A DNA stretch of 63,731 nt, the filler included, from a candidate division TA06 bacterium SM23_40 (lineage in GTDB: Bacteria > LJUI01 > SM1-40), in the NCBI GenBank assembly GCA_001303705.1. It is 7 parts of 7 records of this genome, joined end to end, with 100 filler letters (N's around TTAATTAATTAA, not from the genome) between each part and the next. Parts side by side here need not be neighbours in the genome. Positions count along the whole stretch, not along the records: positions 22,739 to 44,558 come from LJUI01000027.1; positions 44,659 to 50,967 come from LJUI01000142.1; 5 more parts are not named here. One strand, given 5' to 3'. The notes under the pieces were generated by a model. It did no database searches, had not been told where the DNA came from, and saw nothing but the letters and a program-made list of their open reading frames with translations. Positions 40,346 through 51,067 of this stretch are shown one piece after another (the first letter of the stretch is position 1; each line of letters opens with the position of its first letter). The position numbers were made by a program, and so were the translations under genes.

Positions 40346-41377
40346 ATGAGGGTGGTGCGCCGACGCTATCAGTCGGGAAACCATCTCACTGATCGCGATA
40401 CTCCTATCTCTTCTTGCGATAATGGCTTTATCGCTATCATCAGACTCGTTGCCCGGGCAATTATCAGTAACTGAGAAAGACTGCAGGCAGGCAGAGGTAA
40501 ATCCCCATAGTGCGAAAGACCGCGCGGGATCACTGATGCCATAACCGCATTCCATGCAACAGGTTGGACCAACGATCATTTGGGAATGAATTGGATCGGG
40601 ATCCTGCTTCATGGCACGAAGCTTGCTTGGGAAATGAGTGTCGGCCAGCAAGCGGCAGTGATTAAGGGCTAGGTCCACTGCTCATGGGCCGACGCAGGTG
40701 GGGGCCGCCCGGCACAACATAGCCGCTATCGTACAGGCAGCCACGGCCAGCCGGGATAGAGACGGTGCGGGACAACCAACATCCTTCGTCCTGGGCACAT
40801 ACTCTCCTCGCTGGTTTGTGGCAGGGTGGGACAAGGAGAGGAACGCGGCTGTGGCGGGCTCTCGGGGGCCAGGGGCTGACAGACGTCCGCAGGGGGGGTC
40901 ACGCGACCTAACCGTGAACGACAACCCACGAGTATGCGGCTTGGGGAAGACGATCTGGTTCGTGCAGAGTGACCTACCTCTACGATCAGGCCTTCCGTGT
41001 GGCCGGAGTGCCTCGCGGCTCCCCCCTCTTGACGCCGATTCAGGTTACCTCCCATGAGGGCCGCTCTGATCTCACCAGCTGCAGACAGAGTGGAAGGAGA
41101 AGGCCGGCAGGGTTTCCCGCAGACCTGGGTGCAGGAGGCAGGTTTGGCCTTGGATATGGGGCCGCAGTGGGAACCTTGTTTCGGCCTTTCCTTGTACGCG
41201 GGGCCCGACGTCCGTCTGGCTCTGTCATAGGGGCTTCAAAGAGTCCATAGAGGCGAGCTGCCGGGCCGCTCCCATCGATACGGAGGTACGGATCTCCCGT
41301 GTTGTGCGGCGGGGACGTTATGCGCGTGCCGCCGACAGTCTGAAGGGAAGAATTCTGTGTGTCGCCGCCACAGGTCC

Positions 41378-41406
41378 TTGACAGAGGCAGTGTGCAAATA
41401 TATACT
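41378..41406 (+). promoter_or_regulatory. sigma70 promoter
   Basis: TTGACA-17 bp-TATACT. Confidence 0.75.
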
Positions 41407-41456
41407 TGGGCGCGAATTAGAGAAACGGGCGTCGGCTACCTTCTGGACTCATCGAC

Positions 41457-43067
41457 GTGTTTCAGCCTGGCGACGCCATGGGAATCATCGTAAGGAGTCA
41501 AACACGCCACGCGCAACTGTTCGGTCCAGGTCAGGTCAGAACAGTGCACAAACTAGATAAGCAACTGTCCTTCTTGTCGGTTGTCATCGCCGGTGCCTGG
41601 TTTTTCTTCCTGGTCACTCAATTCTGGCCGTTTACCGTCGACGATGCGTTCATCACCTTCCGATATTCGGAAAATCTCGCCCGAGGAATCGGGCCGACCT
41701 ACAACGCTCAGCTCCCCCGTATCGAAGGGTACACCTCCTTTCTCTATGTGATCCTAATGTCGGTGCCTCACCTGTTACGTATAGATGCTGTGCCGGCCGC
41801 GAAAGTGATCGGCATCATCTGCTCACTCGTGACACTAGCTGTAACCTTCCTGTTGGCGTTCACCTTTCTTCAATCTGTTGATATCCGTGCCAGGATCCTG
41901 GCAGCATCCCTGGCCATATTCTGCCTGGCCTTCTTCCCGTTCACAGCGCTGCATTCGGTGGCGGGTATGGATACCATGTTGTTCAGCATGTTTTTCGTGT
42001 CAGCAACATTTCTCGTGTTCTATGACAGGACCTCCGGATCGATATGGGTGGCCCTCGCGGCTCTCCTCATGGGCCTCACGAGACCGGAAGGCAATCTGGC
42101 AGCACTTTCGTTGATCATAGGTAATCTCTTCCTTCTGCCGAAAGGGAGGCGTGTTCCCTTCATCCGGTATGTGCTGTTGTTATACATACTCCCCGGGGTG
42201 CTCTATTTCCTCTGGCGGTGGATGTACTACGGTTGCCTCTTCCCCCTGCCGTTCTATCTCAAGGTAAAGGATGAGGGTGTACTGAACGGGCTACTGCCCG
42301 TTCTGTCGTTTGTCAAGCTCGTTTCGGTTCCTCTGGGTACGTTCCTCTTGCTAGCATGTCTGAGATTCCCGAAGCGTTTCCTGATAGCTGGCATTCCTTG
42401 CCTTGTCTTGCTGGCCTTTTTCCTCTTCCCGTCGCATATCATGGGGTACGGTCACAGATTTCTCTTCCCCACGTTCCCTCTTTTTGCTGCTCTGGCAGGG
42501 ATCGGAGCGGTAGTTCTATTGGATTTCATAGAGCGCACGATCGGACGGACGCAGAGTAGAGTAGCGTACGTATTCGTGCTGATACTCTGGTCAGTCATTG
42601 TGACGGACAATGCCCGGGGTATGATACAGGGGTACCGGGCATATGCTGGGGGCCTCGAGCAGGCACATATCAGGCTGGGGAAGACATTGAGTGAACTAGA
42701 TGGTGATGGGAATGAGTTGCTGGTCATCGGTGACGCAGGCGCTGTCCCGTACTACTCGAAGTGGGAGACGTTCGATTCCTACGGCCTGAATAATCCCCAT
42801 ATTGCGAGAACCGGAGACCGTTCGCCGGGAGCGATTTCGTCTCAGGACCCCTCGGTGGTGGTCCTGCTATCAAAGAAGCCAGACGGCTTTGAGCCGCTTC
42901 TGCCGTGGGAGGATTCTCACTATATCTTCTTCACAGGGACTGGCATGACGAAGCTCCTCACGTTGAGATTCAGCAGCAGCTATTTTCTCTGGGTTCTGGG
43001 ATATCCTGATGCCGCAGTCTCGAGGCGGCTGATTGAGCTCCATTCGCAGAGGAGCGCAGGACGATGA
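41457..43067 (+). CDS. GT-C fold integral membrane glycosyltransferase
   Basis: DDAFITFRYSENL, EGYTS, TRPEG, many TM segments, AGAVPYYS, D.YGL; exact start uncertain. Confidence 0.8.
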   Translation: MFQPGDAMGIIVRSQTRHAQLFGPGQVRTVHKLDKQLSFLSVVIAGAWFFFLVTQFWPFTVDDAFITFRYSENLARGIGPTYNAQLPRIEGYTSFLYVILMSVPHLLRIDAVPAAKVIGIICSLVTLAVTFLLAFTFLQSVDIRARILAASLAIFCLAFFPFTALHSVAGMDTMLFSMFFVSATFLVFYDRTSGSIWVALAALLMGLTRPEGNLAALSLIIGNLFLLPKGRRVPFIRYVLLLYILPGVLYFLWRWMYYGCLFPLPFYLKVKDEGVLNGLLPVLSFVKLVSVPLGTFLLLACLRFPKRFLIAGIPCLVLLAFFLFPSHIMGYGHRFLFPTFPLFAALAGIGAVVLLDFIERTIGRTQSRVAYVFVLILWSVIVTDNARGMIQGYRAYAGGLEQAHIRLGKTLSELDGDGNELLVIGDAGAVPYYSKWETFDSYGLNNPHIARTGDRSPGAISSQDPSVVVLLSKKPDGFEPLLPWEDSHYIFFTGTGMTKLLTLRFSSSYFLWVLGYPDAAVSRRLIELHSQRSAGR

Positions 43068-43466
43068 GTTCCACCTGGCCGGCGATTCGCCGCCGTCCAC
43101 CGCCAATGGGTGAGCATTACTGAGGAGTCGATGCCGGAGGAAGAGGTCAGAAAACCAGCGCGCGAAGGTAGTTCTAGCAAGACAGTCTCACAGCGAGCGC
43201 TACATGTCACACGTGACGGTATTTGGCAGGGGATCTGCTCGAAAAAGGCTCGGAAATCGGCCCCGCTAGGGAACTCCCGGGATATGGAGACGTCGCGAAA
43301 ACGGTCATCTGTGTCCGCGTGTTGGGCTGCCGAGAGAGGGAGGGGGTGAGTGGGCGGGCGGGCAGACCAGCGGGTTTGAGGGCGCCCCTTTCCGGCCAGG
43401 AGTCGGAGATCTTCGTTTTGCTGAACGGGGAGCAGGGACGTGACCTTAGGGGGGTGGAGATTTGCC

Positions 43467-43495
43467 TTGACAAACCGGGCAAAGAGTGATACCCT
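43467..43495 (+). promoter_or_regulatory. sigma70 promoter
   Basis: TTGACA-17 bp-TACCCT with TG extended -10. Confidence 0.55.
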
Positions 43496-43655
43496 ACTAC
43501 GTTGTGAAATGGCATGTTGTGGGGAGGATGGATGATGTTTTCAGGTTACAGCTAGTGTGGCCCCGATGCGTTGATCGCCGGGCAGGATGAGCCCGTGCGT
43601 GCGTTCGGGGCCGCGGTCTTTCGTTGCATAGGAACCTCTTCTAAGGAGGCGAGAG

Positions 43656-44558
43656 ATGCAGAGCGGGAAGAAGTGGCTATCAGTCTCGGTCCTGTTGCTG
43701 TTGTGCGTCGGGATATGCGCGAGCGCAGGCGCTGGACAGAGCAGAAACTGGATACCTCTCAATCGAGGTCTAGTTAAGGAAGGTGTGAATGTTGAGTTGC
43801 TGGAGGGGGGGAGGGAGGAGACCCTCATCGAGGTAACAGTAGGAGGTGTATGGATTGAGGATCTGGACGTGAGTGGCGAACACTATCAGCTGCTCACGGT
43901 TCCCGGGGCAGGGCGCCTGACCGAAGAGGGGCGGCCCGCCGTGCCGGCGCTGGCAGAGCTTGTCGGCGTGCCCTGGGGCTTGTCGGCGTGCCCTGGGGGC
44001 GCGGGGTCGAGATCGAGCTCGTTGAAGCCGAGTATGAGACCTACGAAGGATATACGGTGGTGCCGTTCCTCCGTCCCCCTGACCGTGATGCCGCTGCGGG
44101 GTGGGTGGAGCCGTTCTGGCGCGATGAGGCCCTGTATCGGACCGATGGGTGGTTCCCCGAGGAGCTGGTGCAGGAGCGTGCGGTCGGTGTATGGCGGGAT
44201 GTGCGTGTTGCGCCGGTTGTCTGCGCGCTCGCCCAGACCAACCCGGTGAGCGGGGAGCTGCGCGTCTGCCGGCGGCTGGTGATCCGGGTGCGCCATGCTG
44301 AGGCCGATCCCGATGCCGGATGGCGGCGGGCGTCGCCCGAGACGGGCTACTCTGCGGCATTTGAGCGGCTCTATCGCTCGCTGCTCGTCAATCCCGATGT
44401 GGTGCTGGAGGGGAGGGTGCGGCAGCGCGGCCGTTATCTGATGATCACGCACGACGATTTCTATGATGAGCTTGTGCCGCTTGCCGAGTGGAAGTATTAC
44501 AAGGGTCTGGAGCCGAAGGTGGTGAAGCTCTCGGAGATCGGCCCCTCGCCGACGGCAG
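43656..44558 (+). pseudogene. Gingipain-like C25 peptidase (propeptide + start of catalytic domain), frameshifted and 3' partial
   Basis: Signal peptide; EEGRPAVP, GVWRDVRV, YLMITHDDF...PLAEWK..KG; frame shifted by a 20-bp duplication at 43959-43998. Confidence 0.8.
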
Positions 44559-44658
44559 NNNNNNNNNNNNNNNNNNNNNNNNNNNNNNNNNNNNNNNNNN
44601 NNTTAATTAATTAANNNNNNNNNNNNNNNNNNNNNNNNNNNNNNNNNNNNNNNNNNNN
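44559..44658. other. Artificial contig linker
   Basis: N/TTAATTAATTAA/N. Confidence 0.99.
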
Positions 44659-46256
44659 AAGTTGATCGTCTTGGAGACCGCATTGTCGGTATGTCTCTGG
44701 AATGCTGCCTGCAGTCGAACGTGCCATTCCGGCGTGATGTCAGGAGCGGTGACGAATAGCCGCCGAACATCTTCAGGAATCTCCGTGAGAGATTGTATGC
44801 TCCCCGCATCCGCGATGCGGTCCATCAACTCACGTGAATAGAAACCGCGCTCCTTCGCCGTCTCCTCGAAGTGCCGGTTGACATAAAGCAGCCGTTCGCC
44901 GTCCATGACTTCCTTCACATAGACAAGCGAAAAGAGCGGTTCGATCCCGCTCGAGCAGTCGGCGATCATCGAGATGGTGCCGGTGGGAGCGATCGTCGTA
45001 CGCGCAGCGTTCCGCATTCCCGGACGCCCGGACCATTCGTACACGCTCCCACTGAATGCCGGGAAACTCCCTCGCTCCCGGGCCAGACTCTCCGAGGTCG
45101 CCGCAGCGGTCTCCTGTATGAATTCCATCACCCCATCGCCCGTCTCGATTCCCTCCTCAGAGTCGTAGGGTATGCCGAGCTTGATGAGCATGTCGGCGAA
45201 TCCCATAACTCCGAGGCCGATCTTTCGGTTCGTCCTCGTCATCTCCTCGATCTGCCGCAGGGGATATTTATTTGCATCGATCACATTGTCCAGGAAGTGG
45301 CAACCGAGAGAGACTGTGGCCTTCAATAGATCCCAGTCGATCCTACCATGACGCACCATGAGAGAGAGATTGACCGATCCCAGATTGCACGACTCATACG
45401 GCAGGAGCGGCTGCTCTCCACACGGATTTGTGCTCTCGATCTCTCCCTGCCCAGGCGTGGGATTGTCCCGATTGATGCGATCGATGAAGATGAGTCCCGG
45501 CTCGCCGTTCCTCCAGGCCATGTCGACGATCAGATCGAACAACTCCCGCGCCGAGACCCTCTTCGACTCCTCTCCCGTGTGAGGATTGATGAGGCTCCAT
45601 TCGCCGTCGGACTGCACCGCCTGCATGAACTTCTCTGTGAGGGCGACGGAGATGTTGAAATTCGTGATCTGATCGCTATCCGCCTTGCAGCGGATGAAAT
45701 CGAAGATGTCGGGATGCTCGACATTCAACACGCCGATATTAGCTCCCCGCCTCGTCCCTCCCTGCTTCACCGCCTCTGTGGCCGAATTGAATGCGGCGAG
45801 GAACGAGACAGGACCGCTGGCGATGCCCTTAGTCGATCTCACCAAGTCGTTCTTGGGACGAATCCTCGAGAAGGAGAACCCGGTGCCACCTCCACTCTTC
45901 TGCACCAGAGCAGCGTTCTTGATCGCCTCGAATATGCTCTCGATCGAATCTTCGATCGGAATGACGAAGCACCCGGACAGCTGCCCCAGTTCTCTGCCGG
46001 CGTTCATCAGTGTCGGCGAGTTCGGCAGGAAGCGAAGGCTCGCCATCGCGGCGAAGAACTCGTCCTCGAGCGTTTCCACGTCAGGATGGCGGTCGTAGTT
46101 GAGATCGGCGGCAGCGACAACACGTGCGACCCGCCTGAACATCTCCTCGGGTGTCTCGACCGGGGTACCGGTGCCGTCCTTGCGCAGATAGCGGCGTTCA
46201 AGCACGCGGAGAGCGTTCTCCGAAAGCCGGAGCGGCGTAGAGGCAGCGATGCGCAT
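44659..46256 (-). CDS. nrdJ: B12-dependent class II ribonucleotide reductase (3' partial)
   Basis: NSPTLMNAG..GQLSGCFV, RRGAN, TNPCGEQPL, CNLGS, TIAPTGTIS, AVSKTIN. Confidence 0.95.
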
Positions 46257-46374
46257 GGGAGAGTACCTCAGTGACGGTTGGTGCTGAGATGACGCGATGA
46301 CATCCAGATCGTTCACAGAGAGAGGCCAGCAGAAGACCTGGCAAGGCCTCGTCGATCAGCCAGGTCCCGGATTG

Positions 46375-46403
46375 AGTGTACCGCTAACCGAAAGCGGTGT
46401 CAA
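46375..46403 (-). promoter_or_regulatory. sigma70 promoter of nrdJ
   Basis: TTGACA-17 bp-TACACT. Confidence 0.75.
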
Positions 46404-46410
46404 GAAAAAA

Positions 46411-46458
46411 ATACAAGATTTTGTGGGGCCGAGAACGAACTGCCCCTACTCATTGTAT
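46411..46458. promoter_or_regulatory. Tandem NrdR boxes
   Basis: ATACAAGATTTTGTGG (46411-46426) and a weaker CCCCTACTCATTGTAT (46443-46458), 32 bp apart, next to the nrdJ promoter. Confidence 0.65.
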
Positions 46459-46597
46459 GTAATCCAATAACATCATATATGCTGGAGCATTAGGCGAGTA
46501 TTCTGAAGCAAAACCTCAAGATTCCGGGCTAGTGCCCCACCCACAGGCACGTTGGGTGGCGGCGATCTGCCGGCAGGATCGGGGCGCCATCTGGGCG

Positions 46598-46673
46598 TGG
46601 TGGGCCGTGCTGGGATCGAACCAGCGGCTCCCTGCTTAAAAGGCAGGTGCTCTACCTACTGAGCTAACGGCCC
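46598..46673 (-). tRNA. tRNA-Lys(TTT)
   Basis: GGGCCGT acceptor, CCTGC-CTTTTAA-GCAGG, GGTTCGATCCC, encoded CCA. Confidence 0.96.
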
Positions 46674-46705
46674 ACATAGAACTCGATGGCCAGGAAGGTG
46701 ATCGA

Positions 46706-47965
46706 TCAGCCCTGACGGTACAGGGTTTCTTCCCGGTGCGGACCCACGGAGATGATCGTGACGGGGACCCCGCACAGATCGCCGATCCTCTCCACGTATC
46801 GTCGCGCGGCGGCCGGGAGATCTTCGAATCTCCGCGCCGAGGCTGTCGAAGCCCGCCAACCCGGTAACGTTTCATAGACAGGCGCACACTGTGCGAGCGC
46901 CCCGGCCGTCTCGGGCGGGGACTCAAGCCGCGCCCCATCATATTCGTACGCCGTGCAGACCGGCACTTCCTCGAGCTCATCGAGGATATCGAGACGCGTC
47001 AGCGCGATACTCCCCACGCCATTGAACAGGACCGCACGGCGAACGAGGACAGCGTCGAACCACCCGCACCGCCGCGGGCGCCCGGTCGTGGCGCCGTACT
47101 CGCGTGCCCGCTCTCGTAGGGACTCGCCGATCTGCGACCGCTCCTCCGTCGGGAACGGCCCCTCTCCCACACGGGTCGTGTACGCCTTGGCCACGCCGAG
47201 CACTCTGTCGATCTTCGTCGGCCCGATCCCCAGCCCGGTGCAGGCACCTCCCGCTATGGTATTAGAACTGGTGACATATGGATAGGTGCCGAAATCGACG
47301 TCGAGGAGCGTACCTTGCGCTCCCTCACAGAGCACAGTCTTCCCGTCATCGATCGCACGATTGATCGCCAGTGCCGTGTCTCCCACGTACTCTCTGAGCA
47401 CACCGGCGTAGTCGCGGTACTCAGCAAGCCATTCCTCGTCGGCAGAGGTGTCGCTCCCTGATCGCCGTCTCCACTCAGCGGAGAACCGGTCGAAATCGAC
47501 GAGGTCGACGAGTCGCCATCCCGAGCGAGCGACTTTGTCCGCGTATGTTGGACCGATCCCCCGGAACGTTGTCCCCAGGCGCTGCTCTCCCCGCTCCTCT
47601 TCCTGGAGACGCTCGAGTCGTTTATGGTGGGGCAGGGTGATGTGGGCGCTCCCGCTCACGATCAGTCGCCCGCGCACCCCGACCCCCTCAGCCTCGAGAT
47701 CGCGGATCTCTCCAACGAGAACAGCAGGATCTACGACGACGCCTCCCCCGATAAGGCACAGGGTATCTTCATGAAGTATCCCGGTCGGCATGAGGTGAAA
47801 CACGCGCTCGTGGTCGCCGCGCAGCACGGTGTGCCCTGCATTCGCTCCCCCCTGGAACCTCGCCACCACATCCGCGTCCCGGGCCAGGAGGTCGACGATC
47901 TTCCCTTTACCCTCGTCACCCCACTGCAGGCCGACGAGCACTACCGTACCCTCGATCAGTTTCAT
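46706..47965 (-). CDS. purA: Adenylosuccinate synthetase
   Basis: QWGDEGKGK, GGANAGHT, EGAQG, GTYPYVTSS, TTGRPRRCGW. Confidence 0.97.
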   Translation of the reverse strand: MKLIEGTVVLVGLQWGDEGKGKIVDLLARDADVVARFQGGANAGHTVLRGDHERVFHLMPTGILHEDTLCLIGGGVVVDPAVLVGEIRDLEAEGVGVRGRLIVSGSAHITLPHHKRLERLQEEERGEQRLGTTFRGIGPTYADKVARSGWRLVDLVDFDRFSAEWRRRSGSDTSADEEWLAEYRDYAGVLREYVGDTALAINRAIDDGKTVLCEGAQGTLLDVDFGTYPYVTSSNTIAGGACTGLGIGPTKIDRVLGVAKAYTTRVGEGPFPTEERSQIGESLRERAREYGATTGRPRRCGWFDAVLVRRAVLFNGVGSIALTRLDILDELEEVPVCTAYEYDGARLESPPETAGALAQCAPVYETLPGWRASTASARRFEDLPAAARRYVERIGDLCGVPVTIISVGPHREETLYRQG

Positions 47966-48046
47966 CCCTGCACCTTTGAAATGCCGATAGGTCCTGCCAC
48001 AGACATCCACCCAATGAACCGATCACCGGGCAGACCCGGACTCCCG

Positions 48047-48820
48047 CTACGGGCCGGGGCCGTACTGCTGCTCATTCGACACCAGCATCCCCAGACCCTC
48101 GAGCACGACGACCACCCTGTAGTATTGTGTGGTGTACCCATAGCGTAATGTGTCGGTGCCGGTCGTGTCCGCAGAGCCCGGGTTCACGATGTCGACGACT
48201 TCCCAGACCTCAGTCGTGTCGGGAGGGTCGACATCTCCCCAGCCGAGATCGTCGTACGGAGAGCCGAGCAGCACATAGCGGTACAGGTCGTCGTCTGGAT
48301 ACGCTTCCCATGCGAGCTCGATCGGCTCGGGGCCCGGGGTCAGAGACAGCCACACGAACGTGAAATCGAGATCGATCGTCTCATCCGCCCCGAGATCGGC
48401 CTTCCGGAATCCGGCGTACACGATCTCTTCCTGGTCGTCCTTGAGCACCAGGACGAAGACCCGGAAATTCCCCGGATCGAGTTCCAGCTCGAGCTCGATC
48501 GACTCCATCCCCGGCTCGACAGTGAAGTGATGCTCTGCCAGAAGATCGGCCTCGTATGTCTCGAGCGCCACCTCCAGTTGGTCGATGTCGATGTTCAGAA
48601 GATCGATATCACCGTACGCCGTCACGTCGAGGACATAGAGCGAGCCCTCGACGATCTCTCCCTGGGCGGGGCTCCTCGGGATCGGGATGCTGAGCTGCAC
48701 CGTAAGAGACTGAGGGGCCGTCGAGGAGTCGCGACCGCAGCCGGTGACGATCGTCAGGACTGCCACGCCCGCGAGGCCGAGCGCCAACAGCATCGGGAGA
48801 CTCCGTGATTGCCTTCGCAT
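48047..48820 (-). CDS. Hypothetical acidic lipoprotein
   Basis: Lipobox VTG-C; AAGGAG RBS; beta-rich acidic body. Confidence 0.75.
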   Translation of the reverse strand: MRRQSRSLPMLLALGLAGVAVLTIVTGCGRDSSTAPQSLTVQLSIPIPRSPAQGEIVEGSLYVLDVTAYGDIDLLNIDIDQLEVALETYEADLLAEHHFTVEPGMESIELELELDPGNFRVFVLVLKDDQEEIVYAGFRKADLGADETIDLDFTFVWLSLTPGPEPIELAWEAYPDDDLYRYVLLGSPYDDLGWGDVDPPDTTEVWEVVDIVNPGSADTTGTDTLRYGYTTQYYRVVVVLEGLGMLVSNEQQYGPGP

Positions 48821-48892
48821 ATGAGTCCTTCTCCTTGCTAGTTGTGATGCCAGGATTGATGACGAAATCTTCCTGACCAGGCCGCGGGCACT

Positions 48893-49777
48893 CTACCACT
48901 GAACGGTGATGCGCACTGTGGCCTTCCCGGGTTCCTCACCCTGGCCGGCTATGATGACAGCCGTGGTGACCGCGGCGCCAACGCCCACCGCTCCAGCCAG
49001 AACCGGAGCGCTCAGATACCAGGGTGTAGTTGCCGCGGCCTCTGCCGCCGTGGTCGGGGCAACACCGGCCCCCGCACCTGCGCCCGTGCCAGCACCAGTG
49101 CCAGCAGCTGCGCCGACCTGCCATACTGCCTGTGCCCATGCAGTCAGGGCGGCGATCTCCGCCGCAGTGAGGGCAATCGGCACAGCCGGCGGAACACCGC
49201 GACGCACAGTCGTCTTCTGTTTCTCTTCAACCATCACTTCAGGGCCCGGAACCTCCGGATTGATGACCCCCATGGTACCGTCGAGCACGGCGAGCTCAGT
49301 TGTCTCATCCGCACCCACGGTAGTGGAGAAGGTCGTTCCGCGTACGGCGGCAACCATCGTCGGGCTCGACATCTCAAATGTCGACTCCCGTGTGGTGAGT
49401 CGCCCCACCCTTGCGAGGACCGATCCCACCCAGGTGCGGAATCCCCGGTGCCGGTGGTTGCCTCGCCGCTCCAGCTTCGTTATCTCCAGGCGCGAATTCT
49501 CCTTGAGCCGGAGGTAGTCACCACCTTCGAGCTGGATCTCTGCCCGCGCCCCGGAGAACGTGCGGATGATATCCCCGACACGCAGCTCCATGTCGAGTTC
49601 CGCCTTCACGCTCCTGAATGCCCGCGCCCTCTTGACGCGCACGTTCCCGACAAGAAATGAAATGGTCGCGGCGGTCTGCTCCGTTGCCTCCTGTGCCACG
49701 GCGAGGGCCGCGAATGGCTCGGAGAGCACGAGGAACAACACCATACAGGCGACGGTACATCTTCGCATTCTCTTCAT
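48893..49777 (-). CDS. FecR-domain protein
   Basis: GDIIRT, LKENS.L.I, SPTMVAAVRGTTF, V.DG; Ala/Gly-rich C-terminus. Confidence 0.85.
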   Translation of the reverse strand: MKRMRRCTVACMVLFLVLSEPFAALAVAQEATEQTAATISFLVGNVRVKRARAFRSVKAELDMELRVGDIIRTFSGARAEIQLEGGDYLRLKENSRLEITKLERRGNHRHRGFRTWVGSVLARVGRLTTRESTFEMSSPTMVAAVRGTTFSTTVGADETTELAVLDGTMGVINPEVPGPEVMVEEKQKTTVRRGVPPAVPIALTAAEIAALTAWAQAVWQVGAAAGTGAGTGAGAGAGVAPTTAAEAAATTPWYLSAPVLAGAVGVGAAVTTAVIIAGQGEEPGKATVRITVQW

Positions 49778-49792
49778 GGAAGCTCTCCTCTT

Positions 49793-50548
49793 CTAGAAGT
49801 ACTCAGCGTAGCTGACCCGCGCGGATCTATTGACGTGACCACTATGCTCCAACAGATCCTTGAAATCGAACCCCAGGGTCAGCTGCCCCGCGAACATCCA
49901 CCGCACACCGGCGTTAAGGTACCCCTTTCGTGGATCCGCGAGGACATCATCGTTCAACGCAGCATCATACTCGGCGACGAGCACCAGCTCGGGGTTGAGC
50001 CCTTTCTCGATACCCGCGAAGACGTTCACATCCTTGTCTTCGTCATCTCGCTCCAGACTGTAATTCGCCCCTGCATGAACACTCGTCGGACCGAGGAATG
50101 CAAGGCTCTTGCTCGCCGTCGCATAGAATCCCCGCGACTTGATGTGATAGCGATCCTTCGCGTCATCGAAGCCTCCAAACCCCTGGGAATCGAAACCCAG
50201 GGCAACCGCCGGCAGATACGGCGTCTCATCGATGAACCGGTATCTCGCCGCGAATTCGACACGTGGATTCCAGTCCGGCCATCCAGCACCCACGATACTC
50301 GAGCCACCGTATGAGACTCCGAGCATGAACCGGCTGGCGAGCCCCACCGAGATTCCGGTAAGGAGTCCCCCACCCGGCTCGATACGAAGGTCGATCGCAT
50401 AGCTCCCACGCTCAAGCAGGCCCGCGGTGGGCGAGTCGACGAGCATGCGCGGCTCGAGCTCCTGCCCTCGGACCAGAGCTACAGCAGTCATCTGGACAGC
50501 GAGAAGCGCGAGAACGAACCAGACCCTCAACCGGTTGCTTGTCCCCAT
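49793..50548 (-). CDS. YjbH-like outer-membrane beta-barrel
   Basis: Signal peptide, LVDSPTAGLL, GFDSQG, GYLNAGVRW, terminal F. Confidence 0.7.
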   Translation of the reverse strand: MGTSNRLRVWFVLALLAVQMTAVALVRGQELEPRMLVDSPTAGLLERGSYAIDLRIEPGGGLLTGISVGLASRFMLGVSYGGSSIVGAGWPDWNPRVEFAARYRFIDETPYLPAVALGFDSQGFGGFDDAKDRYHIKSRGFYATASKSLAFLGPTSVHAGANYSLERDDEDKDVNVFAGIEKGLNPELVLVAEYDAALNDDVLADPRKGYLNAGVRWMFAGQLTLGFDFKDLLEHSGHVNRSARVSYAEYF

Positions 50549-50967
50549 GGTCTCATCCTCCCCGAGCCCTGCGACCACGCCGCTATCGCGCCCCTATCCC
50601 AATGCCGCTCCACGGCCCCTGCCCCCAACAGATTTCGCAGGCCGGCCAGCAGCTCGTCGTCGGGATCGACGCGCACATTGCGGGACAGAATGTTGAGTTC
50701 GTCTTCCTCGGCGCCAGCGATGCGCAAATGGACAGGGCATTGCCCGGCATGACTGGCAAGAAGACGCTTGAGCTCAAACAGAGTGGCCTCTTCGAGGGTT
50801 TGGGTTGAGAGGTTTATCTCCAGATGCGAGGCGAATTGCCTGACTGCCTCGGAGAGCGAGAACAGTCTCTGTGCCACGACCTTGGGCTCTTGTTCCTCCT
50901 TCGTCGAGGTCCTCCCATGGATCAGGACGATCGATTCTGGAACCAGCACGGCGCGGCTGCGCTCGAA
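50527..50967 (-). CDS. dnaE: DNA polymerase III alpha subunit, C-terminal end (5' partial)
   Basis: OB-fold tail IVLIHG...KVVAQRL and LKRLL..H.G.CPV.L...V...DELL..L..LLG pattern. Confidence 0.75.
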   Translation of the reverse strand, partial: FERSRAVLVPESIVLIHGRTSTKEEQEPKVVAQRLFSLSEAVRQFASHLEINLSTQTLEEATLFELKRLLASHAGQCPVHLRIAGAEEDELNILSRNVRVDPDDELLAGLRNLLGAGAVERHWDRGAIAAWSQGSGRMRPWGQATG

Positions 50968-51067
50968 NNNNNNNNNNNNNNNNNNNNNNNNNNNNNNNNN
51001 NNNNNNNNNNNTTAATTAATTAANNNNNNNNNNNNNNNNNNNNNNNNNNNNNNNNNNNNNNNNNNNN
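50968..51067. other. Artificial contig linker
   Basis: N/TTAATTAATTAA/N. Confidence 0.99.
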
